Below, one piece after another: positions 11,755-24,201 of a stretch of DNA of 64,000 nucleotides; positions within the stretch are counted from its first letter, which is position 1; each line of letters opens with the position of its first letter. The DNA lies in NCBI RefSeq assembly GCF_006345805.1, contig NC_043002.1:92690001-92754000 (forward strand), in the 5' to 3' direction. The translations under genes and the position numbers were made by a program. The stretch is from Octopus sinensis. Lineage: Eukaryota. The notes beneath the pieces are model-generated. The model made no database searches, was not told the DNA's origin, and saw only the letters and a list, made by a program, of their open reading frames with translations.

Positions 11755-12171
11755 AATCCTTTCTACTATTAGTACAAGGCCTGAAATTTTTGGTAGGAGG
11801 AATAATCGATTACATCGACCCCGAAAGGATGAAAAGCAAAGTTGACCTCGGCGGAATTTGAACTCAGAACGTATCGACGGGCGAAATACCGTTACGCATT
11901 TTGTCCTGCGTGCTAACGTTTCTGCCATCTCGCAGCCTTAATTATTATTATTATTATTTCAAATTTTTGCCAAAAAGGCAGCTTGGGGGATGAGGTGGGG
12001 ATGAGTCGACTACATCGACCCCAGTGTTCATTTGGTACTTATTTTATCAACCCTGAAAGGATGAAAGACAAAGTCGACCTCGTCGGAATTTGAACTCAGA
12101 ACGTAAAGACGGGCGAAATACTGCTAAGCATTTCGCCTGGCATGTTAACGATTCTGCCAGCTCGCCGCCTT
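11755..12171 (-). mobile_element. Two adjacent older SINE-A copies
   Basis: Two heads (~11880-11939, ~12110-12171) and cores CCCGAAAGGATGAAA; alternative tail ACAAGGCCTGAAATTTT. Confidence 0.8.
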
Positions 12172-12448
12172 ACAAGTCTCTAATGGGGGGGGGGATGAAT
12201 GAAAATTTATGCCTTTCGCTGTGAAATTTTGAACAGATGTAAAAACATCTTATTCTCTCCATACACAAAGAAATAAAAGAGATTGATTTGATATACTTCA
12301 TGTTATATTGACCACTCACCATTGTATGTGTATTTCTCATGCTTCTATCTACAAAAACAATTGGTTCAGAGACATCTAGAAGAAACGTCAGTTAACCGTA
12401 TGGTCGTTTAAATATTATTGTTCAGTATTCGTGATAAATGATAATGGA

Positions 12449-12811
12449 TGGAAGCACTCCGTCGGTTACGACGATGAAGGTTCCGGTTGATCCGAATCAA
12501 CGGAACAGCCTGCTCGTGAAATTAACGTGTAAGTGGCTGAGCACTCCACAGACACGTGTACCCTTAACGTAGTTCTCGGGGATATTCAGCGTGACACAGA
12601 GAGTGACAAGGCCGGCCCCTTGAAATACAGGTACAGCAGAAACAAGAAGTAAGAGTGAGAGAAAGTTGTGGTGAAAGAGTACAGCAGGGATCACTACCAT
12701 CCCCTGCCGGAGCCTCGTGGAGCTTTTAGGTGTTTTCGCTCAATAAACACTCCCAACGCCCGGTCTGGGAATCGAAACCGCGATCCTATGACCTAACCAC
12801 TGGGCCATTGC
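12449..12811 (-). mobile_element. SINE with D-type head and C-type tail
   Basis: Head CAATGGCCCAGTGGTTAGG...GGTTTCGATTCCCAGACCGGGCG (rc); tail GGAAGCACTCCGTCGGTTACGACG shared with 27405 and 45782. Confidence 0.8.
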
Positions 12812-13300
12812 AATCTTTTGTACTAAAGGCACAAGGACTAAAATTTGCGTGGAGGGAACTTGTCTATTACATCGACCCCATTGTTTCTTAAACTCCTTCC
12901 ATCAGCCGTTAAAACCACAAGGTAACTTCTGTATAGACGTTAACCCTTTACTCGTCCAAAATATTTTTCATAAGTTTGTTCTCAATGCCCATGCTTGTTT
13001 TTAGATTTAGTTAACCCTTTGATATGCTCCGAGTGATATAAAGTTACTTTAATAGTTTGAAAAAAAAAGTCAGGAATGTGTATCATACATAATGCATAGA
13101 CACTAGGGAAACATGTTTTGCGTGTTACGTGTGATACACAGAACAAGTCACATGTGATACAAACCTCATTGTCACAAAAGGGCACTTTGGATAATGTGAC
13201 TCTAGATCAGTGGTTCTCAATGGGGTTCATATGACCCCCTTTGGGGTCTATATAAAATTTTGTTGCTAATTGGTTGTACTTCTGCAATACTTATATTTTA

Positions 13301-13690
13301 GGCGTGGCTGTGTGGTAAGGAACATGCTTCCCAACCACATGGTTCCGGGTTCAGTCTTACTGCGTAGCACCTTGGGCAAGTATCTTTTTTTTAGTATAAC
13401 ATTGACCCGGCCAAAGTCTTGTGAGTGGATTTGGTAGACCTAAACTGAAAGAAGCCTGTTATTTGTGTGTGTGTGTGTGCAAGCGCGCGCACCCCACCCG
13501 TGCTTGCAACCGGTGTTGGTATGTTTATGTTCCTGTAACTTAGCAGTTCGCGAAAAGCGATTGATAGAATAAGTACTAGGCTTCACAAGAAACAAAATAT
13601 TAAGTACTGGCGTTGATTCATTCAACTAAGTTCTTCACGGCAGTGGCCCAGCACGGTCGCAGTCTAATGACTGAAACAGGTAAAAGATAA
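13301..13690 (+). mobile_element. SINE-B (tRNA head, CORE-like CCTTGGGCAAGT)
   Basis: GGCGTGGCTGTGTGGTAAG...GGTTCAGTC...CCTTGGGCAAG...GACTGAAACAGGTAAAAGA. Confidence 0.8.
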
Positions 13691-13759
13691 AATATACCAT
13701 TCCTACTGATATTTAATTTTATTTTAAAACATCAAATGGTTATGAGGTGGGGGGGCAGT

Positions 13760-14170
13760 ACTCTCTTTACTCTTTTACTCTTTTACTTGTTTCAGTCATT
13801 TGACTGCGGCCATGCTGGAGCACCGCCTTTAATCGAGCAACTCGACCCCGGGACTTATTCTTTCGTAAGCCCAGTACTTATTCTATCGGTCTCTTTCGCC
13901 GAACCGCTAAGTAACGGGGACATAAACACACCAGCATCGGTTGTCAAGCAATGCTAGGGGGACAAACACAGACACACAAACACACCCACGCATATATATA
14001 TATATATACATATATACGACAGGCTTCTTTCAGTTTCCGTCTACCAAATCCACTCACAAGGCTTTGGTCGGCCCGAGGCTATAGTAGAAGACACTTGCCC
14101 AAGGTGCCACGCAGTGGAACTGAACCCGGAACCATGTGGCTGGTAGACAAGCTACTTACCACACAGCCAC
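13760..14170 (-). mobile_element. SINE-B, young copy
   Basis: (CTCTTTTA)n tail, CTTGTTTCAGTCATTTGACTGCGGCCATGCTGGAGCACCGCC, head CTTACCACACAGCCAC. Confidence 0.9.
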
Positions 14171-14319
14171 AAGAATCAAAGAGGTCCCTAGACAAGAATG
14201 ATTGAGAAGCACTGTTCTAGATAAACATTGTTAATAAAAATAAGAGATCTTATAATGGACCAGTGTTGGAATACCTTTTAATTAGAACTGATCTGAAGTT
14301 CAACAACAACGACAACAAT

Positions 14320-14500
14320 ATTGATTTCAAGTTTTCGCACACAATACCAGTAATTTCCGGGGGGGAGTTGAATCGATTACATCGACGACCCCAGTACTCG
14401 ACTGTTTCTTTAGTTTATCGACCTCGAAAGGATGAAAGGCAAAGTCAACCTCTGCGGAATTTGAACTCAAAACACGAAGACGGATGAAAATGCCGCTAAC
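14320..14500 (-). mobile_element. Diverged SINE-A
   Basis: CGAAAGGATGAAAGGCAAAGTCAACCTCTGCGGAATTTGAACTC. Confidence 0.65.
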
Positions 14501-14685
14501 AGCAACAAACAACAACATTATCCACTTATAAGGGTCGGACTGATGACTTAATCAGTTATAAGCCTGGCCCTTAATCAGTTATCAGCCTGGCCCTTATACA
14601 TTGGATAACGGGATATAATTCTACAATGTCTTATGTCATATCTGATTGACAAACAGACAGGCAGACGAGTGGTGAATGGGCTACG

Positions 14686-15028
14686 CAGTGGTTCTCTAAC
14701 AGCATCCATATAGTTCCTGAGGGTCCATATAAGCTTTTGGGGAGTCCACGCAACAAAATAGTGAATTGGGGACCCATAATAGTATTTCAAAGGTCCTGAA
14801 AAAACTTTGCTTTAGATGTATGTATTGGTATGTATTGCAAGAAACAGCTGGGTTTCTTTCACTAACATAGTTCAATCTACACAAGTGAAAGGATGAGAAA
14901 CAAAATAGGGAGTTTGGAAGAAGTTTCTATAAAACTAGTTTTTCAACATTTAATGGCAATGGGGACCCACCAGAATAAAATAATAATCAAAGGGGTCCAT
15001 AGATAAAAAAAATGGCCGAGAACCACTG
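14686..15028. mobile_element. hAT-type MITE
   Basis: CAGTGGTTCTC ... GAGAACCACTG; near-TSD GGCTAC(A)G on both sides. Confidence 0.8.
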
Positions 15029-15132
15029 GGCTACAGTATTCCAATAACATTAACAGTGGTGAAAGGACTTATTCAAAACCACGTTTGTGTTTATGAAGAT
15101 GCTACTGGTAATGATAACAATGATGGTTTGTA

Positions 15133-15358
15133 TTGTTGTTGAGCGAACGGTCTTCGTCCCAGAGCTCGCAAGATGGGAGAAGTCCGAAACGTTGGTCCTT
15201 TGCTATTCGTAAGACCCGCAGAAGAGAAAGCAGGTCAACCCCCGACACCGAGAGCATCGACGGATGGATGAATGCGCATCCAGGCTCAGCGGTTGCGTAG
15301 GAAGTCGGGGACAAGAAACAGGAAGGAGTGAGAGAAAGTTGGGGCGAAAGAGTACAAC
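15133..15358 (-). mobile_element. 5'-truncated D-type SINE with (CAA)n tail
   Basis: Reverse complement of 16210-16455; ~19-bp TSD ACAATGATGGTTTGTATTG. Confidence 0.8.
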
Positions 15359-16147
15359 AATGATGGTTTGTATTGGTGGTGGCGGCGGTGGTGGTGTTTG
15401 GGCGAGGGTAAGTAGGATGTCTAACTTCGCTATCCTGACTCACAAACTTTTTTTTTTTTTGATTTTGGTTTTTTCTTGTTTTATAGTTACTGTGGTACTG
15501 TTTACATTGGGGTATTACAACGATAATAAAAATCACATTAATTGACGGAATCAGTTGAGGTGTATGGATTTATTTCAAAACTCATCTGACACCCCAACCC
15601 CACCCAGAAAGGGTGGGATGCGGAGGGCTTAAGTGACGTAATTGCTGAGGAAAGAACTTAGTTTCATCTTTGGCTTGTTAATAAAATTTTTTTTTTAATA
15701 TTTTTCTCTCCTCTCAACCTCTCTCTTTCTCTCCACGAATTTGTGATTTATATGAAGAGACGGTGGCGACGGCTAGGCGATGATAGTAGGGACTAGTGAT
15801 GACGACCCTAGAAGTTAGGGTTATAATAACAGTGGTGGTGATGGTGATGGCGTTGATGACGGTGGTGGTAAGGGTGATGAAGACGTCGGTTGTAGTGAGG
15901 GCGATGATAATGGTAGCTGTCTATCATTCGGTGACTTACGTAAAGCTCAAAACGCTAGACTCATTGTTTTACTGGCTTTAGTCATTGGACATGCGACCAT
16001 GCTGGAGCACTGTCTTCAACAGATTTTAAAATCTTAGTTGAACCACAATTAACTCCAGTGCCTAATTTCAGTTTTGTGCTAAATGTGTGTGTGCCTGTGC
16101 ATGCATGTGTTGTGTGAGAAGGAAGGGAGACGGCAACAGCAGCAACA

Positions 16148-16455
16148 TATTGAGCGAAATCACCTAAAAGCTCCACGAGGCTCCGGTAGGGGGTGGGTGG
16201 CGACCCCTGTTGTACTCTTTCGCCCCCAACTCTCTCTCACTCCTTCTTCCTGTTTCTTGTCCCCCGACTTCCTACGCAACCGTTGAGCCTGGATGCGCAA
16301 TCATCCATCCGTCGATGCTCTCGGTGTCGGGGGGTTGACCTGCTTTCTCTTCTGCGGGTCTTACGAATATAGCAAAGGACCAACGTTTCGGACTTCTCCG
16401 ATCTTGCGAGCTCTGGGACGAAGACCGTTCGCTCAACAGCAACAGCAACAACAAT
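16148..16455 (+). mobile_element. 5'-truncated D-type SINE with (CAA)n tail
   Basis: ATTGAGCGAAA..CACCTAAAAGCTCCACGAGGCTCCGG body shared with 12449 and 41862; tail GTTCGCTCAACAGCAACAG. Confidence 0.8.
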
Positions 16456-17026
16456 CATAGAGCGATGGACAGTAAAATTACTTAATGTAGAGAGTAATGT
16501 CTGAGTTTGTGAACGACGATGACGATAATGATAGTGGCGGTGATGGTGGTGCTGCTGCTTGTAATAATGATGTTGCTGATGAGGATTGGAATGATGATAA
16601 TGATGGAGATAGTGGTGGTGGTGGGGGTGATGATAACGATGACTAGGTGCTACCCCTGCCTGTTAAGTTTGCAGCAGGTTAGATTCCATCATCGGGGTTG
16701 GGTGGAGTACAGGAACGTCAGAGAGGGACTCGTGGAATGAACTAATGTTATGCTGCAGTGAACAAGTATTTCACGTGTTGAGGGGGTGTGTTGTGTGCAT
16801 GGGTATGGGTATGGTGTCTATTGTATGGTGTGTGTTGTACGTGTTTGCGAGTGTGTTGTGTATGTGTGTTGTATGTGAATGTATTGTGTGTGTATGTGAA
16901 TTATTGTGTGTGTGTGTATGCGAGTGCGTTGTGTGTGTGTGTGTGTGTGTGTGTTGGGTGTGTACGTGCATGTATTGTACTGTTTGTATGTGTGTTTTGT
17001 GCGTGCGTGGTATTATGTGTATGCGT

Positions 17027-17259
17027 AAGGCGGCGAGCTGGCAGAAACGTTAGCCCGCCGGGCGAAATGCGTAGCCGTATTTCGTCTGCCGTTACGTTCT
17101 GAGTTCAAATTCCGCCGAGGTCGACTTTGCCTTTCATCCTTTCGGGGTCGATTAAATAAAGTACAAGTTACGCACTGGGGTCAATGTAATCAACTTAATC
17201 CGTTTGTCTGTCCTTGTTTGTCCCCTCTGTGTTTAGCCCCTTGTGGGTGGTAAAGGAAT
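17027..17259 (+). mobile_element. SINE-A, full length, inside a degenerate (TG)n tract
   Basis: Matches the 7972 copy; TATGTGTATGCGT on both flanks. Confidence 0.9.
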
Positions 17260-17956
17260 GTGTATGTGTATGCGTGTATGTTGATTGTGTATATAAATGT
17301 AGTGTGTGCGTGTTTGTGTATATAAATGTATTGTGTGTGTATATTTTGAGTGTATGCGAGTGTGTTGTGGTGCGTGTGTGTGTCTTGTATGTGTATGTGT
17401 GTACGCGAGTGTGCATTTGTGCTGCGTGTGTGTTGTGGGTGTGCGTGCGAGTGTATTTGTGTGTGTGCTCGTGTTGCGTGTGTATTGTATGTATGCTGTA
17501 TGTATGCGTGTGTGTATAGGCGTGTGGTGTGTTTGTATTATATATGTGTATTGTGTATGCGTGTGCGTTTTATGTTGTTTTTGTGTGTTGTGTATGTGCA
17601 TGTTGTGTGTGAATGTTCTGTGTATCTTAGCGTTGTGTGTCTGCTGTGCGCATGTTTGTGCTTGTGAATGGTATGTATGTGTGTGTGTGTGGTGTATGTG
17701 TTGTGTAAAGGCATTTCTGAGATGCTGACTATGAGGCATTGGAATTGTGTCATATCCAACATGTTTCTAACTGTACGAGCATGTGCATGCATGCATGAGG
17801 AAGTGTGGGGGGGGGAGATAGTGTGTGTGTGTGTGTGTGTGTGTTCGGAGTGGGGATGGGGAAGGGCATTTGGTATGTTACGAATTATTCAAATTAGCTT
17901 TTCATGGTAGTGTTAAGTTTTGTTAATGGTGGTAGTTGCTGTATTGTTTGAAAATA

Positions 17957-18068
17957 GCAGTAGTAGTGGAATATTATTGTAGTAGTAGTAGTGGTGGTGG
18001 TCGAATATTGTGGTAGTAGTAGTGGTGGTGGTCGAATATTGTAGTGGTGGTGGCGGTGGTCGAATACT

Positions 18069-18109
<41 letters not shown>

Positions 18110-19276
18110 TGAATATTGTTGTAGTAGTAGTAGTGGTGGTGGTGGTTGAATATTGTTGTAGTAGTGGTGGTGGTGGTGGTGGTTGAATATTGTTGTAGTA
18201 GTAGTAGTGGTGGTGGTGGTTGAATATTGTTGTAGTAGTGGTGGTGGTGGTTGAATATTGTTGTAGTAGTAGTAGTGGTGGTGGTGGTTGAATATTGTAG
18301 TAGTAGTAGTATTAGTAGTAGTAGTAGTAGCAGTAGTAGTAGTGGTGGTGGTGGTTGAATATTGTTGTAGTAGTAGTAGTGGTAGTGGTGGTTGAATATT
18401 GTAGTAGCAGTGGTGGTGGTCGAATATTGTGGTAGTAGTAGTGGTGGTGGTCGAATATTGTAGTGGTGGTGGTGGTGGTGGCGGTGGTCGAATACTGTAG
18501 TAGTAGTAGTAGTGGTGGTGGTGGTTGAATATTGTAGTAGTATTAGTAGTAGTAGCAGTAGTAGTAGTAGTAGTAGTGGTGGTGGTGGTTGAATATTGTT
18601 GTAGTAGTAGTAGTGGTGGTGGTGGTTGAATATTGTTGTAGTAGTAGTAGTGGTAGTGGTGGTTGAATATTGTAGTAGTAGTGGTGGTGGTCGAATATTG
18701 TGGTAGTAGTAGTGGTGGTGGTCGAATATTGTAGTGGTGGTGGTGGTGGTTGAATATTGTAGTAGTAGTAGTATTAGTAGTAGTGGTAGTAGCAGTAGTA
18801 GTAGTAGTAGTAGTGGTGGTGGTGGTTGAATATTGTAGTAGTAGTAGTATTAGTAGTAGTAGTAGTAGCAGTAGTAGTAGTGGTGGTGGTGGTTGAATAT
18901 TGTAGTAGTATTAGTAGTAGTAGTAGTAGCAGTAGTAGTAGTAGTAGTAGTGGTGGTGGTGGTTGAATATTGTAGTAGTAGTAGTAGTGGTGGTGGTGGT
19001 TGAATATTGTAGTAGTAGTAGTAGTGGTGGTGGTGGTTGAATATTGTAGTAGTAGTAGTAGTGGTGGTGGTGGTTGAATATTGTAGTAGTAGTAGTAGTG
19101 GTGGTGGTGGTTGAATATTGTAGTAGTAGTAGTAGTGGTGCTGGTGGTTGAATATTGTAGTAGTAGTAGTAGTAGTGGTGGTGGTGGTGGTTGAATATTG
19201 TAGTAGTAGTAGTAGTAGTGGTGGTGGTGGTGGTTGAATATTGTAGTAGTAGTGGTGGTGGTGGTGGTTGAATATT

Positions 19277-19308
<32 letters not shown>

Positions 19309-19422
19309 GGTTGAATATTGTAGTAGTAGTAGTAGTGGTGGTGGTGGTTGAATATTGTAGTAGTAGTAGTAGTGGTGGTGGTGGTTGAATATTGTAGTAG
19401 TAGTGGTAGTGGTGGTTGAATA

Positions 19423-19455
<33 letters not shown>

Positions 19456-19823
19456 TGGTGGTTGAATATAGTAGTAGTAGTAGTGGTGGTAGTGGTGGTT
19501 GAATATAGTAGTAGTAGTAGTGGTGGTAGTGGTGGTTGAATATAGTAGTAGTAGTAGTAGTGGTGGTGGTGGTTGAATATAGTAGTAGTAGTGGTAGTGG
19601 TGGTTGAATATAGTAGTAGTAGTAGTAGTAGTGGTAGTGGTGGTTGAATATAGTAGTAGTGGTGGTGGTGGTTGAATATAGTAGTAGTAGTAGTAGTAGT
19701 AGTGGTAGTGGTGGTTGAATATAGTAGTAGTGGTAGTGGTAGTGGTGGTTGAATATAGTAGTAGTAGTAGTGGTAGTGGTGGTTGAATATAGTAGTAGTA
19801 GTAGTGGTAGTGGTGGTTGAATA

Positions 19824-19854
<31 letters not shown>

Positions 19855-19968
19855 GGTGGTTGAATATAGTAGTAGTAGTAGTGGTAGTGGTGGTTGAATA
19901 TAGTAGTAGTAGTAGTGGTAGTGGTGGTTGAATATAGTAGTAGTAGTAGTGGTAGTGGTGGTTGAATA

Positions 19969-19999
<31 letters not shown>

Positions 20000-20254
20000 G
20001 GTGGTTGAATATAGTAGTAGTAGTAGTGGTGGTGGTGGTGGTTGAATATAGTAGTAGTAGTAGTGGTGGTGGTGGTTGAATATAGTAGTAGTAGTGGTAG
20101 TGGTGGTTGAATATAGTAGTAGTAGTAGTAGTGGTGGTGGTGGTTGAATATAGTAGTAGTAGTAGTGGTAGTGGTGGTTGAATATAGTAGTAGTAGTAGT
20201 AGTAGTAGTGGTAGTGGTGTTGAATATAGTAGTAGTGGTGGTGGTGGTTGAATA

Positions 20255-20290
<36 letters not shown>

Positions 20291-20388
20291 TGGTGGTGAA
20301 TATAGTAGTAGTAGTGTGGTAGTGGTGGTTGATATAGTAGTAGTGGTGGTTGAATATGTAGTGTAGTAGTGGTAGTGGTGGTTGAATA

Positions 20389-20422
<34 letters not shown>

Positions 20423-20616
20423 GGTGGTTGAATATAGTAGTAGTAGTAGTGGTGGTGGTGGTTGAATATAGTAGTAGTAGTAGTAGTGGTGGTGGTGGTT
20501 GAATATAGTAGTAGTAGTGGTAGTGGTGGTTGAATATAGTAGTAGTAGTAGTAGTGGTGGTGGTGGTTGAATATAGTAGTAGTAGTGGTAGTGGTGGTTG
20601 AATATAGTAGTAGTAG
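17957..20616. repeat. ~2.65 kb composite satellite: TTGAATA(TTG)-(TAG)n-(TGG)n
   Basis: Constant linker with two variable triplet runs; linker switches from GAATATTG to GAATA near 19400. Confidence 0.95.
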
Positions 20617-20786
20617 CTTTGCAGTGGTGGTGGTGTGTCGTAATGGATCCTGCAACTAATTAGTTGGCTGGGTGGATCAGCTGTGAAGAGACATCATTTG
20701 CTTCTGTGTTTACAACAGTCAAATAGGGCCAAACAATAATAACCACAGCAACAATACAATCTTAGACAGGGGCCGTTATCAAAACG

Positions 20787-20790
<4 letters not shown>

Positions 20791-20860
<70 letters not shown>
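20791..20860. repeat. (CT)n microsatellite
   Basis: Pure TC run. Confidence 0.95.
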
Positions 20861-20864
<4 letters not shown>

Positions 20865-21054
20865 CTGTGATTTGGCCTCTCATAGGCGATGTTTTCTTAA
20901 TGCTTTTTAAGTTTAGTTTCGGGAGACGAGAGTAAAATAGTCTTGCACCACCAGTCAACTATAACGACTTCACGTTATCACTCGATCTGCTAAGAAATAG
21001 CAACTAGATCTTGCTTATATCACAAAGTACTGTCTTTCGAAAAGGAAGGACTCG

Positions 21055-21085
<31 letters not shown>

Positions 21086-21184
21086 TGTGTGGTCCTTGAT
21101 ACACTGTGTAGTAAAAGAGAAACAAATGAATTTTGCTTCAATCATCAACTAAATGTGTTTCTGAGCAATTTTAATATCATTCCA

Positions 21185-21915
21185 GGGCGTCATTATCGTA
21201 CAATGTTAGTATCATTCTAGTGTGTCATTACTGCGCAATGTTACAGTGTCATTACGGTGTTATAGTGTCACTACAATGTCCTTATTGTACAATGCTATAG
21301 CGTCATTGTCATCATAGTGTTATTACTTTACAGTGTTATATCATTACAGTGTGTCATTACCGTACAGTGTTGTTTACAGTGTTATGGTATCGTATCACTA
21401 CAGTGTCATTACTGTACATTGTGATATATAATGTAGCGTGTTATATAATGTTATTACTAATGTTATTCCAATGGTTCATTACTGTACAATGTTATAGCGT
21501 CATTGTCATCACAGTGTTATTACTTTAGTGTTATATCATTACAGTATGTCATTACCGTACAGTGTTGTTATTGCCATGTATCATTACTACAGTGTTATGG
21601 TATCGTATCACTACAGTGTCATTACTGTACATTGTGATATATAATGTAGCGTGTTATATAATGTTATTACTAATGTTATTCCAATGATTCATTACTGTAC
21701 AGTGTTATAGTGTCAGTGTCATTACTAATGTCTGTAGCGTCATTCCAGTGCAGTATCATTTTTTCATTACCGTACAATGTGTATTTAATGTACAACGGTA
21801 TATCATTGTACCGTGTTGTGTTATCACGGTGTGTTATTACTGTACAGTGTTATAGTATCATTACCGTACAGTAGTGTTATTGCAGCATTACAGTGTGTTA
21901 TTATAATACAATGTG
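21185..21915. repeat. Degenerate TACAGTGT(C/T)AT-based satellite with a ~200 bp internal duplication
   Basis: Recurrent CATTACTGTACAGTGTTAT; 21286-~21490 is repeated at 21483-~21710. Confidence 0.8.
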
Positions 21916-22455
21916 TCGGCTTTATTTTGGACTGTGGTCAGTCAGTACATTACAGCTGACACTCTAATGTTATCACATTTAACGGACATGTTTAGTACAA
22001 AGAGAAATCAAAAGCGTTTCTAGAAGAACATTTAGCCATCAGCCATATTGACGTCTAAGCTAAATGTTTTGTTAACCATCAGCATCATTGATGGTTAAAT
22101 ATTCATTTAGCCATCAGTTATATTGACAGTTAAGTATTTGTTTAGCCATCAATTAATTGTGCACGGGGGAATAATTTTGTTCTATGTTAGACTCTAGAAG
22201 TTCGGCTCTTTTATCACGTTTCAAAAGTATTCTGAGAAATTATATGCTTAAAAAACCGTTTTGCTTCCAAACAACACGACCACCAACCAGAACCACCACT
22301 AATAATAACAACGTTACCACTACCATACCATCAGTATCGCTGCTACCGTTACCACCGTCGCTACAATGCTAACACGCCTCCTACCACTACACCATGCTGC
22401 CAACACCACTTCTACCATCACCATCATACTACTAGAGCCATACCACTATCATTAC

Positions 22456-22604
22456 CTATTTCTTTATTACCCACAAGGGGCTAAACACAGAGGGGACAAA
22501 CAAGGACAGACATAGGTATTAAGTCGATTATATCGACCCCAGTGCGTAACTGGTACTTAATTTATCGACCCCGAAAGGATGAAAGGCAAAGTCGACCTCG
22601 GCGG
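22456..22604 (-). mobile_element. 5'-truncated SINE-A
   Basis: Tail CTATTTCTTTATTACCCAC through GACCTCGGCGG. Confidence 0.9.
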
Positions 22605-22946
22605 ACCACCAGTCAGTTCAACCGTTTGTTGTGTCATAAAGGGGTCAAAGACCTGGACAAAGCCAGTTGAGGGAGCGTCTACGTGGTCGCTCGATTTGCA
22701 GGAGGTAGCAGGTATGTCACCTCTCAGATTTCACCCTGTTGATTTCACGAATACTATGGATAACAGCCAGAACTAAACGACAGGATGGTTATGGTTGGGA
22801 TGTCTTTGGTGCTGTCTTCGAGATTAAATCTAGCCTGGGACTAAACCAGAGCAATCATTGTCTAAGGCCCATAATGGAACCGCTTTTGCCCCGACACGTT
22901 TCAGAGTAAATAAAATGTTTGTTTGTTTCTTTATTGTTATTCATCA

Positions 22947-23225
22947 CTTGTTTCAGTCATTGGACTGCAGCCGTCCTGGGGCACCACCATGTAGGGCCTT
23001 TTAGTCGAAAAAAGCGTCCCTAGTACTTTTTCTTTTATAATGCTGGTACTTATTATATAAGGTCCTTTTTCCGAACCGCTAAGTTACACGTAAAGAAGCC
23101 AACATCGGTCGTCATACAGTGAAGGAAGGGACAAATATATGCACATATACACACAAGTACACATATACGACCAGCTTCCACACAGTTTCCGTCTACCAAA
23201 TTCACTTACGAGGTATTGGTCGGTA
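22947..23225 (-). mobile_element. Diverged SINE-B
   Basis: CTTGTTTCAGTCATTGGACTGC...CCGAACCGCTAAG...TTTCCGTCTACCAAATTCAC. Confidence 0.65.
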
Positions 23226-23830
23226 GCTAAACTAACCTCCTAGCTTATTATCTCTTTGTTCTTTATGAAACCTCTTTATTAAACTAGAATTTCTGTTTGT
23301 ATTTTTCACATTTTTAAGACGATAATTTTATTTTTGCGACACATTTAAAAGTACTTTGGTGTTCCTATGTTTTTTAGGAACCACTGCTCCATGTAGTCGT
23401 CTGATCTGCTAGAAATAAGAGCTAACTCTCTGTAAAATTATATTCTGTTGTAGGCATCTATTCAATCAAAGCTGACCTTGAAGCTACAAGTCTTTTGAGA
23501 GATTTTTGCGGCTGTTTTCTTTTCTTTTTTTCATTGTTTCTTTTCTTTTTTTTTCTTTCTAGTTTTCTACTTATTCTTCGCAGTAAACTGAACTTACTGA
23601 CACTTAACAATCTTCCCCGGATTTACATAACAATAGCGTCTATCTCTACTATTCCAGCTACCATCACTACCACCACCACCACCACCTAACACAACGCGAA
23701 CAAGAGCTGCTATCTCAGTCATTATACATCTACTACTGCCACTAACAATAACTACAGCAGCAATAGCCACTATCATCGACATAGCTACAACTAACACACT
23801 CACAATAGCACGAACAACAATATCCACGAT

Positions 23831-23958
23831 CTATTTCTTTACTACCCACAAGGGGCTAAACACAAAGGGGACAAACAAGGACAGACAAACGGATTAAGTG
23901 CGTAACCGGTACTTAATTTATCGACCCCGAAAGGATGAAAGACAAAGTCGACCTCGGC
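23831..23958 (-). mobile_element. 5'-truncated SINE-A at a rearrangement junction
   Basis: Tail CTATTTCTTTACTACCCAC to GACCTCGGC. Confidence 0.85.
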
Positions 23959-24201
23959 TATTGTGAGTGGCTGTGGCACAGGCTGAGCTAGTAGTGGTCG
24001 TAGGTGGGTGGCTATTGTTACTGGTTGGTGTTGTTTGTGTTAGTTGTAGCTATGTCGATGATAGTGGCTATTGCTGCTGTAGTTATTAGCCACTATCATC
24101 GACATAGCTACAACTAACACAAACAACACCAACCAGTAACAATAACCACCCACCTACGACCACTAACTAGCTCAGCCTGTGCCACAGCCACTCACAATAG
24201 C
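23957..24201. repeat. Inverted duplication (near-perfect palindrome, ~110 bp arms)
   Basis: GCTATTGTGAGTGGCTGTGGCAC...GATAGTGGCTA versus TAGCCACTATC...GTGCCACAGCCACTCACAATAGC. Confidence 0.9.

Larger units (their letters stand above)
13208..14214. mobile_element. hAT-type MITE containing two nested SINE-B copies
   Basis: CAGTGGTTCTCAA ... TTGAGAAGCACTG; TSD CTCTAGAT / TTCTAGAT. Confidence 0.75.

Noticed and set aside
12940-13182. TTAA-CCCTT starts suggesting a piggyBac MITE
   Set aside because: No matching AAGGG-TTAA right end found
15160-15203. Hammerhead-like ...AAGATGGGAGAAGTCCGAAACGTTGGTC in the D-type SINE tail (antisense)
   Set aside because: Core reads CTCGCAAGA rather than CTGANGA in both copies; too degenerate to call
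18850-20655. 601 aa ORF on the minus strand
   Set aside because: Translation of the (CTA)n(CCA)n satellite; stop-free by composition, with no domain-like sequence
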